A DNA stretch of 64,000 nucleotides from Tepidiformaceae bacterium. GTDB lineage: Bacteria > Chloroflexota > Dehalococcoidia > Tepidiformales > Tepidiformaceae. The notes under the pieces were generated by a model. The model saw only the letters and a program-made list of their open reading frames with translations. It was not told the origin of the DNA and did no database searches. Shown here piece after piece: positions 12,695 to 22,316 of the stretch. The translations under genes were made by a program, and so were the position numbers. Numbering within the stretch: position 1 is the first letter of the stretch; every line of letters begins with the position of its first letter. The stretch is taken from positions 2,632,408 to 2,696,407 of the forward strand of contig OZ220695.1 in assembly GCA_965116545.1 (NCBI GenBank), given 5' to 3'.

Positions 12695-14071
12695 TTACGA
12701 CTGTGAGGCGCCTGACGCTCCCCCGGCCAGCAGCGCTCCGATCATTGTCGTGACGTGCTCATCGTCGCTCTCCGCAACGGTCCGTGGGTCCAGCAGGAGC
12801 TCTCCTGCCTCCACGCGCGCGACGATTGGCGGGTCCGCCTCCCGCAGTGCGCCTGCAAGCCACTCCGCGCCCCGCACCGCCCGCAGCGCCGCGCACCAGG
12901 TGGGTTGCCCCGCCCCCGGTGCCGCCCCGCCCCCGATCATCGTCTGCGACTCCACCACGCGGCCCCCATCCCCTGCTGCCTCCGCCCAGGCCCGGGCTCG
13001 TGGCTCAAGCTGCTCCCGCTTCAATGCCAGCATGCGCCACACGGGAATCTCCTCGCGTTCCGTCCCCGCCACGTAGGCCATCAGCGTCGCGTTGAGCGCC
13101 GCGATCGTGAGCTTGTCGACCCGCAGGGCCCGCGCCAGCGGATGGCGACGCAGTGTCGCCACCAGCTCGCCCCGGCCCGTGATTAGCCCGCACTGCGGTC
13201 CGCCCAGCAGCTTGTCCCCGCTGAACAGCGTCAGGTCCGCGCCGCCATCGAGGCTTTCCCGCACGGTCGGCTCGTGCTCGACGCCGTAGTCGGCCGTCTC
13301 GACCAGGCAGCCGCTGCCGAGGTCGTCCAGCAGCAGCACGTCGTGCTCGCGCGCCAGCGCCGCCAGCTCGCCAAGTTCGGGCCTCGCCGTGAAGCCCGTC
13401 ACCTGGAAGTTCGAGCGGTGCACGCGCAGGATCGCGGCCGTCTCGTCGGTGATGGCGTTGGCGTAGTCCTCCACGTAGGTGCGGTTCGTCGTGCCCACCT
13501 CCACCAGCCGCGCCCCGCTCTCCCGCAACACGTCGGGAATGCGGAAGCGCCCCCCGATCTCCACCGCCTCCCCGCGTGACACGATGACCTCCCGCCCCCG
13601 CGCGAACACCTGTAACGCCATCAGCAACGCAGCGGCGTTGTTGTTGACCGCCAGCCCGTCCTCCGCCCCCGTCGTCCGGCGCAGCAGGTCGCGCACATGC
13701 TCGTGGCGGCTTCCGCGGGCGCCCTCGTCCAGGTCGAACTCGAGGTTCGTGTAGTCACGGGCCGCCTCGCCCATGGCCTCCATCGCGCGCTCACTCAACG
13801 GCGCCCGCCCAAGGTTCGTCTGCAGGATGACCCCCGAGGCATTGACGACCCGCCGCAGCGAGGGGCGCGCAAGCTCCGAGAGGATCGTCTCCGCCTCAGC
13901 CGAGATGGTCGCGAGGTCGGGCGCGTCCGAGCCTGCCGCCACCGCCTCGCGTGCGCGCGTGATGGCCGTACGTGCCGCGTCGACGGCCAGGGCGTGCGGC
14001 CACGAGCCGTTGCCGCGCAGCTCTCCGAGCACCGCCTCCACGCTGGGTATCGCGCGAAAGGTAGACGACAT
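12695..14071 (-). CDS. selA: L-seryl-tRNA(Sec) selenium transferase
   Basis: 458 aa. SelA-type N-terminus (IPSVEAVL), NNNAAALL, and the PLP-lysine block FSGDKLLGGPQCGLITG. Confidence 0.9.
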   Translation of the reverse strand: MSSTFRAIPSVEAVLGELRGNGSWPHALAVDAARTAITRAREAVAAGSDAPDLATISAEAETILSELARPSLRRVVNASGVILQTNLGRAPLSERAMEAMGEAARDYTNLEFDLDEGARGSRHEHVRDLLRRTTGAEDGLAVNNNAAALLMALQVFARGREVIVSRGEAVEIGGRFRIPDVLRESGARLVEVGTTNRTYVEDYANAITDETAAILRVHRSNFQVTGFTARPELGELAALAREHDVLLLDDLGSGCLVETADYGVEHEPTVRESLDGGADLTLFSGDKLLGGPQCGLITGRGELVATLRRHPLARALRVDKLTIAALNATLMAYVAGTEREEIPVWRMLALKREQLEPRARAWAEAAGDGGRVVESQTMIGGGAAPGAGQPTWCAALRAVRGAEWLAGALREADPPIVARVEAGELLLDPRTVAESDDEHVTTMIGALLAGGASGASQS

Positions 14072-14163
14072 GTCGCGATCTTAACGCGGAAGGGGCGCTG
14101 TCCGTGTTCGTAGGCGCACTCTGCGCCAAAATCTTGGGGAAGAACCGAGCTGGGAAGAGCGCC

Positions 14164-15258
14164 GTGAACCTCCGTATCCCTGGACCAACCCCCTGCCCCG
14201 ATGACGTCCTCGAAGCCGTTGGCGGACCGATGATGAATCACCGCGGACCCGCGTTCGCGGACATCATCAAGCGCGTCACCGAGGGACTGAACTGGGTCTT
14301 CGGCGTCTCCAGCGACGTGATTACGCTCACCGCCTCGGGAACCGGCGGTCTCGAAGCCGCGGTCATCAACGTGCTCAGTCCCGGCGACCGCGTGCTCGCT
14401 GTTTCCGTCGGCGTCTTCGGCAACCGGCTCGCATCAATCGCCGAGACCTACGGGGCCGAGGTTGTGCGTTACGAGCTCGGGTGGGGAGCCGCCGCGGACC
14501 CCGACGAGATCGCCCGCCGCCTCGACGCGGACCCCTCGATCAAGGCCGTCCTCGTCACCCACAACGAGACCTCGACCGGCGTCACGAACCCGCTCAAAGC
14601 AATCGGCGCGGTCGTCCGCGAACGCGGCCCGCTGCTCATCGTCGATGGCGTCAGCAGCGTCTCCTCCATCCCCTGCCCGGCCGAGCGCTGGGGCGTCGAC
14701 GTGCTCGTGAGCGGCTCCCAGAAGGGCTGGATGGTCCCGCCCGGGCTCGCCTTCGTCTGGCTCAGCGAGCGCGCCTGGGAAGCCAGCGAGACCGCCACCA
14801 TGCCGCGCTTCTACTTCGACCTGCGCCGCGCCCGCTCCTCGCTTGAAAGCGCGCAGACGCCCTGGACCCCCGCGCTCTCCATGTTCTACGGCCTCGACAA
14901 AGCCTTCGAGTCGCTCCGGGCCGAGGGCTTGGAGGGCATCTACACCCGCCACCACGCAGTCGCCCAGTACACCCGCGACCGCGTCCGCGGGATGGGCCTT
15001 GAGCTGTTCGCGCATGACGAACGCTTCGCCTCCGACACCGTCACCGCCGTCCGCTGGCCCGACGAGGTCGATGGTCCTGCCATCGCGAAGCGCGCGCGCG
15101 AGGAGTTTGGCGTCGTTCTCGGCGGCGGCCAGCAGTCCCTGCGCGGCAAGATCTTCCGTGTCGGCCACCTGGGCTACTTCACCCAGGACGACATTGCCGC
15201 CGCCCTCGACGTCCTCGAGCGGCTCCTCGCCGAAACCCCCGCTAGGGCCACGGCCTAG
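14164..15258 (+). CDS. Class V aminotransferase (serine-glyoxylate / phosphoserine aminotransferase-like)
   Basis: NLRIPGPTPCPDDVLEA, and SGSQKGWMVPPGL carrying the PLP Lys. Sits directly upstream of serA. GTG 14164 has a GGGAAGAG SD-like box upstream. Confidence 0.85.
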   Translation: MNLRIPGPTPCPDDVLEAVGGPMMNHRGPAFADIIKRVTEGLNWVFGVSSDVITLTASGTGGLEAAVINVLSPGDRVLAVSVGVFGNRLASIAETYGAEVVRYELGWGAAADPDEIARRLDADPSIKAVLVTHNETSTGVTNPLKAIGAVVRERGPLLIVDGVSSVSSIPCPAERWGVDVLVSGSQKGWMVPPGLAFVWLSERAWEASETATMPRFYFDLRRARSSLESAQTPWTPALSMFYGLDKAFESLRAEGLEGIYTRHHAVAQYTRDRVRGMGLELFAHDERFASDTVTAVRWPDEVDGPAIAKRAREEFGVVLGGGQQSLRGKIFRVGHLGYFTQDDIAAALDVLERLLAETPARATA

Positions 15259-15352
15259 CACAGGCCCCCCGTCCTGAGGGCCATAACAACCGGCAGCGCT
15301 ATGCTGACCCCATGGCCAATGGCCCCAACCCTGTCTTCCAAGAGCCCGCCCC

Positions 15353-16951
15353 GTGACCGAACCGCCTTCCCGCCCCCGCGTCCTCGTCGCCGACCCGATC
15401 GCCGATGAAGGTGTCGCCTTGCTGCAGCAGGGCGCCGATGTCGACGTGCGCACGGGCTTGCCCCCGGACGAGTTCCGCGAGGCACTCGCCGGCTACGAGG
15501 GCCTCGTCGTGCGCAGCGAGGCGAAGGTCACGGCCGACGCCCTTGCGAACGCGGGCCGCCTGCAGGTCGTCGCCCGCGCCGGCACGGGCGTCGACAACGT
15601 CGACCTCGACGCCGCCACGGAGCGCGGCATCGTCGTCGTGAACGCGCCCCGCGGCAACACCATCGCCGCCGCCGAGCACGCCTTTGCCCTGCTCATCGCC
15701 CTCGCCCGCCACATCCCCCGCGCCGACCGCTCGCTGCGTGGCGGTGAGTGGAAGCGTCGCGCCTTCATGGGCGCCGAACTCCGCGGCCACACCCTTGGGC
15801 TCATCGGATTCGGGCCCATCGGCTCGGAGATGGCCCGCCGCGCCCTCGCCTTCGAGATGAACGTGGTCACCCACGACCCCTTCGTGCCCGCCGAACGCGT
15901 GCGCGCCCTCGGCGCCCTGCCCGTCGAGCTCGACCGCCTCTACGCCGAGAGCGACTTCATCAGCATCCACACTCCGCTCACCGCATCCACCCGCGGCATG
16001 GTCGCGCGCGACCAGTTCGCCGCCATGAAGGACGGCGTTCGCCTCGTGAACGCCGCCCGTGGCGGCATCATCGACGAGAACGACCTGCTTGAGGCCGTGC
16101 GCTCGGGCAAGGTCGCCGGCGCCGCCCTCGACGTGTTCACGTCGGAGCCCCCTGGCGAGCACCCCCTTTTCGAAGAGGACCGCATCATCGTGACTCCCCA
16201 CCTCGCCGGCTCGACCGTCGAGGCCCAGGAGCGCATTGCCATCGATATCGCCGAGCAGGTGCTCGACGTGCTCGCCGGCCGCCCGCCCCGCTACCCCGTC
16301 AACGCCCCCCTGGTGCCGCCCGAGACGCTCGAGATCGTCGGCCCCTACCTCGCCGTCGCCGAGCTGCTGGGTACGGTCGCGACCCAGCTCCTCAGCGGCC
16401 AGCTCACCACCATCGACCTCTCCTTTTTCGGGGAGATTGCCGAACACGACGTCACGCCCCTCAAGGCCTTCGCCATCCGCGGCCTGCTCAGCCCCATCAG
16501 CGAGCAGAACGTGAACCTGGTGAACGCCACCAGCATCGCCGAGGCCCGCGGCTGGACCATCGACGAGCGCCTGCGCGCCTCGCACGATGAGTTCCACAAC
16601 CTCATCGAGCTTCGCGTCGGCAGCAGCGATGCCGAGGTCACCATCAGCGGTACCGCCAGCCACTCGCGACCAAGCATCGTGCGCATCAACGACCTCGACA
16701 TCGACCTGGTGCCCGAGCCCGGCGGCTTCCTCCTCGTCTGCGAGAACGAGGATCGCCCCGGAATGATCGGCCGCCTCGGCACCGTGCTCGGCGGGCGCGA
16801 CATCAACATCAGCGCTATGCGCGTCGGGCGCAGCAGCCCTCGCGGGCGCGCCCTCATGGTGCTCATGCTCGACGACGAACCGGACGCCGCCGCCCTTGAG
16901 ATGATTGAGGCCGTCGAGGGTATCGCCAGCGCCCGTCTCGTCCGCCTCTAG
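15353..16951 (+). CDS. serA: D-3-phosphoglycerate dehydrogenase with C-terminal ACT domain
   Basis: 532 aa. 2-hydroxyacid dehydrogenase NAD motif LGLIGFGPIGSEMA, RGGIIDE, and an HLAGST catalytic His region. ACT-like tail (FLLVCENEDRPGMIGRLGTVLG). Confidence 0.95.
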   Translation: MTEPPSRPRVLVADPIADEGVALLQQGADVDVRTGLPPDEFREALAGYEGLVVRSEAKVTADALANAGRLQVVARAGTGVDNVDLDAATERGIVVVNAPRGNTIAAAEHAFALLIALARHIPRADRSLRGGEWKRRAFMGAELRGHTLGLIGFGPIGSEMARRALAFEMNVVTHDPFVPAERVRALGALPVELDRLYAESDFISIHTPLTASTRGMVARDQFAAMKDGVRLVNAARGGIIDENDLLEAVRSGKVAGAALDVFTSEPPGEHPLFEEDRIIVTPHLAGSTVEAQERIAIDIAEQVLDVLAGRPPRYPVNAPLVPPETLEIVGPYLAVAELLGTVATQLLSGQLTTIDLSFFGEIAEHDVTPLKAFAIRGLLSPISEQNVNLVNATSIAEARGWTIDERLRASHDEFHNLIELRVGSSDAEVTISGTASHSRPSIVRINDLDIDLVPEPGGFLLVCENEDRPGMIGRLGTVLGGRDINISAMRVGRSSPRGRALMVLMLDDEPDAAALEMIEAVEGIASARLVRL

Positions 16952-16953
16952 CG

Positions 16954-17505
16954 GTGGAGATCAGCGACCTCGACCCCGCCGACGAGGCGACAATCGCGCA
17001 GATCGCCCGCATCGTCGTCGATGCATTCCGCGACCACACGCCCTCCTGGCCCGACCTTGCCAGCGCCGAGGCCGAGGTGCGCGAGTCCTTCGCCGAGGAC
17101 CGCATCAGCCTCGTTGCTCGCGAGGGCGATGTCGTCCTTGGCTGGATCGGCGGCATTGAGGAGTACGACGGCCACGCCTGGGAGCTCCACCCCCTCGCCG
17201 TCGACCCCGCCCGTCATGGCGAGGGCGTCGGCCGCGCTCTCGTCGCCGCCCTCGAACAGCAGGTGGCCGCTCGTGGCGCCACCACCCTCTACCTCGGCGC
17301 CGACGACGAGGACGGTCGCACCTCGCTGAGCGATACCGACCTCTACCCTGACCCCCTGAAACGCCTCGCGAGCATCGAGAACCCCGGCCGCCACCCCTAC
17401 GAGTTCTACCTCGCCTGCGGTTTCTCCATCGTGGGCGTCATCCCCGACGCCAACGGTCCCGGCAAGCCCGACATCCTCATGGCCAGGCGCCTCAGCCAGG
17501 CCTAG
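16954..17505 (+). CDS. GNAT family N-acetyltransferase (AAC(6')-like)
   Basis: 183 aa. Acetyl-CoA binding block LAVDPARHGEGVGRALVAALE. GTG start 3 nt after the serA stop. Confidence 0.8.
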   Translation: MEISDLDPADEATIAQIARIVVDAFRDHTPSWPDLASAEAEVRESFAEDRISLVAREGDVVLGWIGGIEEYDGHAWELHPLAVDPARHGEGVGRALVAALEQQVAARGATTLYLGADDEDGRTSLSDTDLYPDPLKRLASIENPGRHPYEFYLACGFSIVGVIPDANGPGKPDILMARRLSQA

Positions 17506-18776
17506 GGCGAGAGCGGCCCGAACACGAGCCCCGTCCCCAGCTTCGGGTAGTAGAACGTCGACTTCTGTGGCAGGCGCTCGCCCCCGTCCGCCAGCCCGAT
17601 GACCTCGCTGGCGGGCACATGCTGCAGCAGGAACCCCACGCCCCCACCCTGTAGCGCCTCCACCACCTCGCTCACTTCGTGCGTGAAGGTCACGGCGCCC
17701 GCACGAAGCTCCTCGTCGCTGATGTCCCAGAGCGGGTCCAACACGCCGAGCCGCAACAGGTTGGGCGCTGTCGCCGCCCAGCGAGCGCTTGCGCCCGCGG
17801 GCGCAAGGCTCGCGATTGCCGCCTCGCTCCTGGGCCGCAGTACGTGGACGCTGTCCGGTGACAGGTTGACCGCCACGATCCCATCTGGCGCTCCCGCCCG
17901 CACTGCCTCCAGCGCCCCCGGATCGACCCCAGCGGCTGCCTCCTCGATATCGAACAGCGCGTCCAGGCGCTCGCGCCAGCCGGCGGGCGCCTCCCGCGGA
18001 ACAAAGCGGTGCAGGGGCCGGACCACCAGCCCTTCGTCCGCTACCGGGACGACGCCCGCCATCGCGAAGCGCGCGGGATGGTCGCTCGGGAGCGTGCCCT
18101 CGCGCTCCGCCAGCCACGTGCGATAGGCCAGCGATGTCTCGTAGCGGTGGTGCCCGTCGGCGATGTAGAACGCCTCCGAGAGCAGCGGCGCGAGCTGCCG
18201 CAGCCGCTCGCGGTCCGCGGGCAGCGTCCACAGCCGGTGCGTCACGCCGTCGGCCGTCTCGCCCGATGTGTCGGGCTCGGCGCCCTCGGCCGTGCTCGCC
18301 AGCAGCGCCGCCAGTTGCCCCGAGCGGTCGCGCGCGAGCATGAAGATGGGGCTGAACTGCGTGCCCGTCGCCTGTAGGAGTCGCAGGCGGTCTTCCTTCG
18401 GCGCCGACATCGTGAACTCGTGCGGGAGCACCGCCCCCTCCTCCCACGGCTGCGACTCCACGCCGCAAATCAACGCCCGCCGCCTGCGCTCGACGCCCGC
18501 CTCAACGAAGACCTGTTCGTACACGTACAGCATCGGCTCTGCGTCGCGTTCGACGACCCCCTCCGCGACCCACCGGTCGAGCTCCCCCGCTACCGCCGCG
18601 TACCGGTCGCCTTCCGCGTCGGCGAGCTCCAGGCGCACGGCGTTGTGTGGCGACAGCTCCGCGAGCCGTTCCCGCTCCCGCTCCCCGATCACGTCGAATG
18701 GCGGCGCCAGCAACTGGTCCAGCGGCCCCGCCTTGTCCGTGTACCGCAGTCCGCGGATGGGCATCAGCCTCGGCAT
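17502..18776 (-). CDS. DUF1015 family protein
   Basis: N-terminus MPRLMPIRGLRY...LLAPPFDVI and the block FYIADGHHRYETSLAY are characteristic of DUF1015. ATG 18776 chosen over the Arg/Cys-rich upstream extension. Confidence 0.8.
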   Translation of the reverse strand: MPRLMPIRGLRYTDKAGPLDQLLAPPFDVIGERERERLAELSPHNAVRLELADAEGDRYAAVAGELDRWVAEGVVERDAEPMLYVYEQVFVEAGVERRRRALICGVESQPWEEGAVLPHEFTMSAPKEDRLRLLQATGTQFSPIFMLARDRSGQLAALLASTAEGAEPDTSGETADGVTHRLWTLPADRERLRQLAPLLSEAFYIADGHHRYETSLAYRTWLAEREGTLPSDHPARFAMAGVVPVADEGLVVRPLHRFVPREAPAGWRERLDALFDIEEAAAGVDPGALEAVRAGAPDGIVAVNLSPDSVHVLRPRSEAAIASLAPAGASARWAATAPNLLRLGVLDPLWDISDEELRAGAVTFTHEVSEVVEALQGGGVGFLLQHVPASEVIGLADGGERLPQKSTFYYPKLGTGLVFGPLSP

Positions 18777-18844
18777 CGTCCAACCTCCCGGCGCGTCGCC
18801 ATCATCGTGGCTACGCCCTCGACCTGTAGAATCGGGCTCCCGCC

Positions 18845-19177
18845 ATGAAGCGTGCCCCGTACTGCGTCTTCTGCAACATCGTCGCCGGCACCGAGCCCGC
18901 AAATGTCCTCTACGAGGACGACGAGGTCATCGTCATCCAGAACGTCCTCCGCTGGGTGCCCGTCATGCTGCTCGCCATGACCAAGGAGCACCGCACCCAG
19001 GCCGAGCTCTGGGACGACGGCATCGCCGACGTGGGTCGTATCGCTGCCAAGATCGGCGCCGAGGCCTGCCCCGACGGCTTCCGCCTGCTCTCCAACTTCG
19101 GGTTCGAGGCGATGCAGAGCCAGGAGCACGGGCACCTCCACATCGTGGGCGGGACGCATCTCGGCCCCTACGTCTGA
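18845..19177 (+). CDS. HIT (histidine triad) family protein
   Basis: 110 aa, with CVFCNI near the N-terminus and the histidine triad HGHLHIVGG. Confidence 0.88.
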   Translation: MKRAPYCVFCNIVAGTEPANVLYEDDEVIVIQNVLRWVPVMLLAMTKEHRTQAELWDDGIADVGRIAAKIGAEACPDGFRLLSNFGFEAMQSQEHGHLHIVGGTHLGPYV

Positions 19178-19899
19178 GCGGCCCGCAGGGCCTCGCGCTG
19201 AAATTCGAATAGCTCCCCGATGCCGCCTCGCGCCAGCTCCACGAGCGCGTCCAGTGACGCTCCGTTGAACGGCTTCCCTTCCGCCGTCCCCTGCACCTCG
19301 ACGAACGCGTCCGCGCCCGTCATCACGACGTTGAAGTCGACCTCCGCCGACGAGTCTTCCTCGTAGCAGAGGTCGAGCAAGGGCGTACCTGCGACGATTC
19401 CCGCCGAGACCGCTGCCACCTGCGTCGCGATCGCCTCGGGGGGAATGAGGTTCCGCATGGCGAGCTTCTCCGCCGCCAGCCGCAGCGCGATGAAACCGCC
19501 GGTGACCGACGCCGTGCGTGTGCCGCCGTCCGCCTGTAGCACGTCGCAGTCCACGGTGATGGTGCGAGGCCCCAACAGGTCGAGGTCGACGGCCGCGCGA
19601 AGCGAGCGCCCAATAAGGCGCTGAATCTCCTGCGTCCGCCCGCCGGGGCGGCCACGCTCTACCTCGCGCTGCGTGCGCGTCGACGTTGAGCGGGGGAGCA
19701 TCGAGTATTCGGCCGTCACCCAGCCGCTCTGCGTGTTTCGCAGCCAGCCGGGCTGGCGCTCGGCCACGCTCGCCGCGCAGAGCACGCGCGTCTTCCCGAA
19801 GGAGATGAGGCAGCTTCCCTCGGCGAATTCCTGGTAGCCCGTCTCGATGGTCACGGGCCGCAGTTCGTCGGCCTCGCGGCCGTCCACTCGTGCTGGCAT
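19168..19899 (-). CDS. rph: Ribonuclease PH
   Basis: RVDGREADELRPV, FAEGSCLISFGKTRVLC, GRTQEIQRLIGRSLR and DCDVLQADGGTRTASVTGG. ATG 19899 chosen. Confidence 0.94.
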   Translation of the reverse strand: MPARVDGREADELRPVTIETGYQEFAEGSCLISFGKTRVLCAASVAERQPGWLRNTQSGWVTAEYSMLPRSTSTRTQREVERGRPGGRTQEIQRLIGRSLRAAVDLDLLGPRTITVDCDVLQADGGTRTASVTGGFIALRLAAEKLAMRNLIPPEAIATQVAAVSAGIVAGTPLLDLCYEEDSSAEVDFNVVMTGADAFVEVQGTAEGKPFNGASLDALVELARGGIGELFEFQREALRAAQT

Positions 19900-19912
19900 G
19901 GGGATGGCTACG

Positions 19913-22291
19913 CTACCCCTCCCCCTCGGCAGGCGCAAAGCTCGCCTCCCAGTGCTCGGCCCGCACACGGATGCTGGCTCCGTCGCTCACGATCGTCACG
20001 CGGCCGTGCCTGTCCGTCCGCAACACTGCCCGCCCCCCGAGGTTGCCCAGCGTCTCATCCGTCGGGTGCCCGTAGCGATTGCCCTCCCCCGCCGAGATGA
20101 CCGCCACCCACACCCCCGAGGCCTCGAAGAAGCCGTCCGAATTCGTGCTTGCGCCGTGGTGGGGGACCTTGAGCACGTGCGCGTCGAGGCCGCCCCTCGC
20201 CATGAGCGCCTGCTGCGCCGTCTCCTCGATGTCGCCCGTGAGCAGGATGGTGGCCTTCCCGTAGGTCACGCGCAGCACCACCGAGGACGCGTTCCGCGGC
20301 CCCTCGGACGCTTCCGGCGCTGGCCACAGCGCCTCGAAGCGCACCCCGTCGACCTCGAACACATCGCCGCGACGCAGCGTCTCTCGCGCCCCGGCAGCCT
20401 TGGCGAAGCGCGCGAAGATGGCCGTGTCCCGCGTCTCGCCGTTGTCGTACACCCGCCCCACATCGAAGCGTTCGAGGAGCGCCGGCAGCCCGCCGACGTG
20501 GTCGGCATCCGCGTGCGTGAGCACGACCGCGGCGATGCCACGTTGCCAGTGGGGGAGCACATCGCTGAGTTCGCGCGCCAGCACGATGCCGCTCGGCCCG
20601 CCGTCCACTACCACCCGCTCCCCGTTCGGCGTGGTCACGAGGATGGCATCCCCCTGCCCCACATCGAGCACGGCGACCTGCAGCTCCCCTGGCCCGCCGA
20701 TGGGCCACACGCTGATAACGACCACCGCCGCCACCAGCGCTCCCGCCCCGCCCGCCAGCGCCCCTGCCCGCACGGTCCGCGCGAGGTCTCCCTGTGCCTC
20801 TGGGGGTGGCGCGAGCCGTGGCGCGAGGTAGCGGTAGGCCGGCCAGGCCAGCGCTCCCAGGACCACGGTTGCCAGCAACGCCGCCTCCGCCCCGAAGCGG
20901 GGCACCGCGACCGCCGCCCGCGGCAGGCTCGCCCCCGCCTCCGCCATCCAGATGATGAAGGCCAGCGGGTAGTACGCGACCAGCCCAATGGCCCACCCCG
21001 CCGGCTCCCACACCGCCCCCGCGATTGCCGCCGCCCCGCTCAGCCAGAAAGCGATTGCGAAGACCGGGACCGTCGGGATGTTGACCAGCGGTCCGATGAG
21101 CGAGACCTGCCCAAACGTGACCCAGATGATCGGCAGCGCCGCCATCCAGGCCGCCAGCGACAGGGCCGCCACCTCCAGGAGTACGTTGGGGATTGCTCCG
21201 GCCGCCCCGACCCGCGCCGTTATCCAGGTCAGCCCGTAGTGGATCCAGGGTCCGAACACGATGAGCCCCGCGGTCGAGGCCACGCTCAACTGGAACCCCG
21301 CCTCCAGCGCGAGCCGGGGTTGCGCCGCCGTCATCACGATCGCGGCCGCCCCCAGCGCCGCGAGGCCGCTCCGCGGCCGTCCCAGCCAGAACCCGACGAG
21401 CACGATCAGCGCCATGATGCCCGACCGCACCACCGTCTCCTCCACCCCCGCCAGGAACACGTACAGCACCAGCGACGCGGCCGCGGGCAGGATCGCCCAG
21501 TTGCGCCCCACCAGGGGGACGAACAGCAGGAACGCGAGCGCTGTCACCAGCGCGATGTTCGAACCGGAGACCGCGACGAAGTGCGCCAGCCCCGTCTCCC
21601 GGAACGCCTCCGTGAGATCGCGGGGCATGGTCGCGTCCCGCCCCATCACGATGCCGGACCCGAGCGAAGCGGCCGGCTCGGGCAGCGCCGCTTGCATCGA
21701 CCGCTCCAGTCTCAACCGCATCTCAGAGGCGAGGGCGCGGGGGCTGCTGCGCGGGCCATCCCCCAACCGCTCCACCCGCGGGAAGCTCATCGTGCCCACG
21801 ATGTCGCGCCGGGCGAGGAAGGCGCGGTAGTCGAACGCCTCCAGCACTGGGGGCTCCTCCAACCGCCCCGAGAGCCGCACGGGCGTGCCGTAGCTCAGCG
21901 ACTCCGTCTCCCGGACCGTGATCAGCGCCCGCCCCTCGGTCTCCCGCCAGACCCCGCCGGCCTCCACCCGCTCCGCCCGCACGTGGTAGCGAAGCGTTGT
22001 CAGGCCCGGGTCCGGCTCGGAGTCGATGCGCCCTTCGATTGTCACGTCCCCGCCAAGCGACCGTGCGAGGTCCGGCAGGGGTTCGCTGGCCCACTGCTCG
22101 AACCGCCAGGCTCCGAGGACCGCCAGAACCGCCGCTGCCATCAGCAACAGGGCCGGTCCGCGACCCCTGAGTGCCCACACCCCCGGCGCCGCCGCCGCGA
22201 ACCACGCTCCCGCCACCCAGGCAGGCGCTCCCCAGACGCCGACAACGGCGAAGCCCAGGAGCCACGCAGCGGCAAGGAAGGGAAGAGTCAC
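19913..22291 (-). CDS. comEC: DNA internalization-related competence protein ComEC/Rec2 with C-terminal metallo-beta-lactamase domain
   Basis: 792 aa polytopic membrane protein. Competence-domain helices (GLAHFVAVSGSNIAL) and an MBL motif region (LDVGQGDAILV...LTHADADHVGG). Confidence 0.9.
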   Translation of the reverse strand: MTLPFLAAAWLLGFAVVGVWGAPAWVAGAWFAAAAPGVWALRGRGPALLLMAAAVLAVLGAWRFEQWASEPLPDLARSLGGDVTIEGRIDSEPDPGLTTLRYHVRAERVEAGGVWRETEGRALITVRETESLSYGTPVRLSGRLEEPPVLEAFDYRAFLARRDIVGTMSFPRVERLGDGPRSSPRALASEMRLRLERSMQAALPEPAASLGSGIVMGRDATMPRDLTEAFRETGLAHFVAVSGSNIALVTALAFLLFVPLVGRNWAILPAAASLVLYVFLAGVEETVVRSGIMALIVLVGFWLGRPRSGLAALGAAAIVMTAAQPRLALEAGFQLSVASTAGLIVFGPWIHYGLTWITARVGAAGAIPNVLLEVAALSLAAWMAALPIIWVTFGQVSLIGPLVNIPTVPVFAIAFWLSGAAAIAGAVWEPAGWAIGLVAYYPLAFIIWMAEAGASLPRAAVAVPRFGAEAALLATVVLGALAWPAYRYLAPRLAPPPEAQGDLARTVRAGALAGGAGALVAAVVVISVWPIGGPGELQVAVLDVGQGDAILVTTPNGERVVVDGGPSGIVLARELSDVLPHWQRGIAAVVLTHADADHVGGLPALLERFDVGRVYDNGETRDTAIFARFAKAAGARETLRRGDVFEVDGVRFEALWPAPEASEGPRNASSVVLRVTYGKATILLTGDIEETAQQALMARGGLDAHVLKVPHHGASTNSDGFFEASGVWVAVISAGEGNRYGHPTDETLGNLGGRAVLRTDRHGRVTIVSDGASIRVRAEHWEASFAPAEGEG

Positions 22292-22316
22292 GGGTGCGGG
22301 AGGTTACGGCATCGCG

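Noticed and set aside
16948-18468. 506-aa minus-strand ORF
   Set aside because: Antisense to the GNAT gene and an alternate frame of DUF1015, with Arg/Gly/Ala-rich composition.
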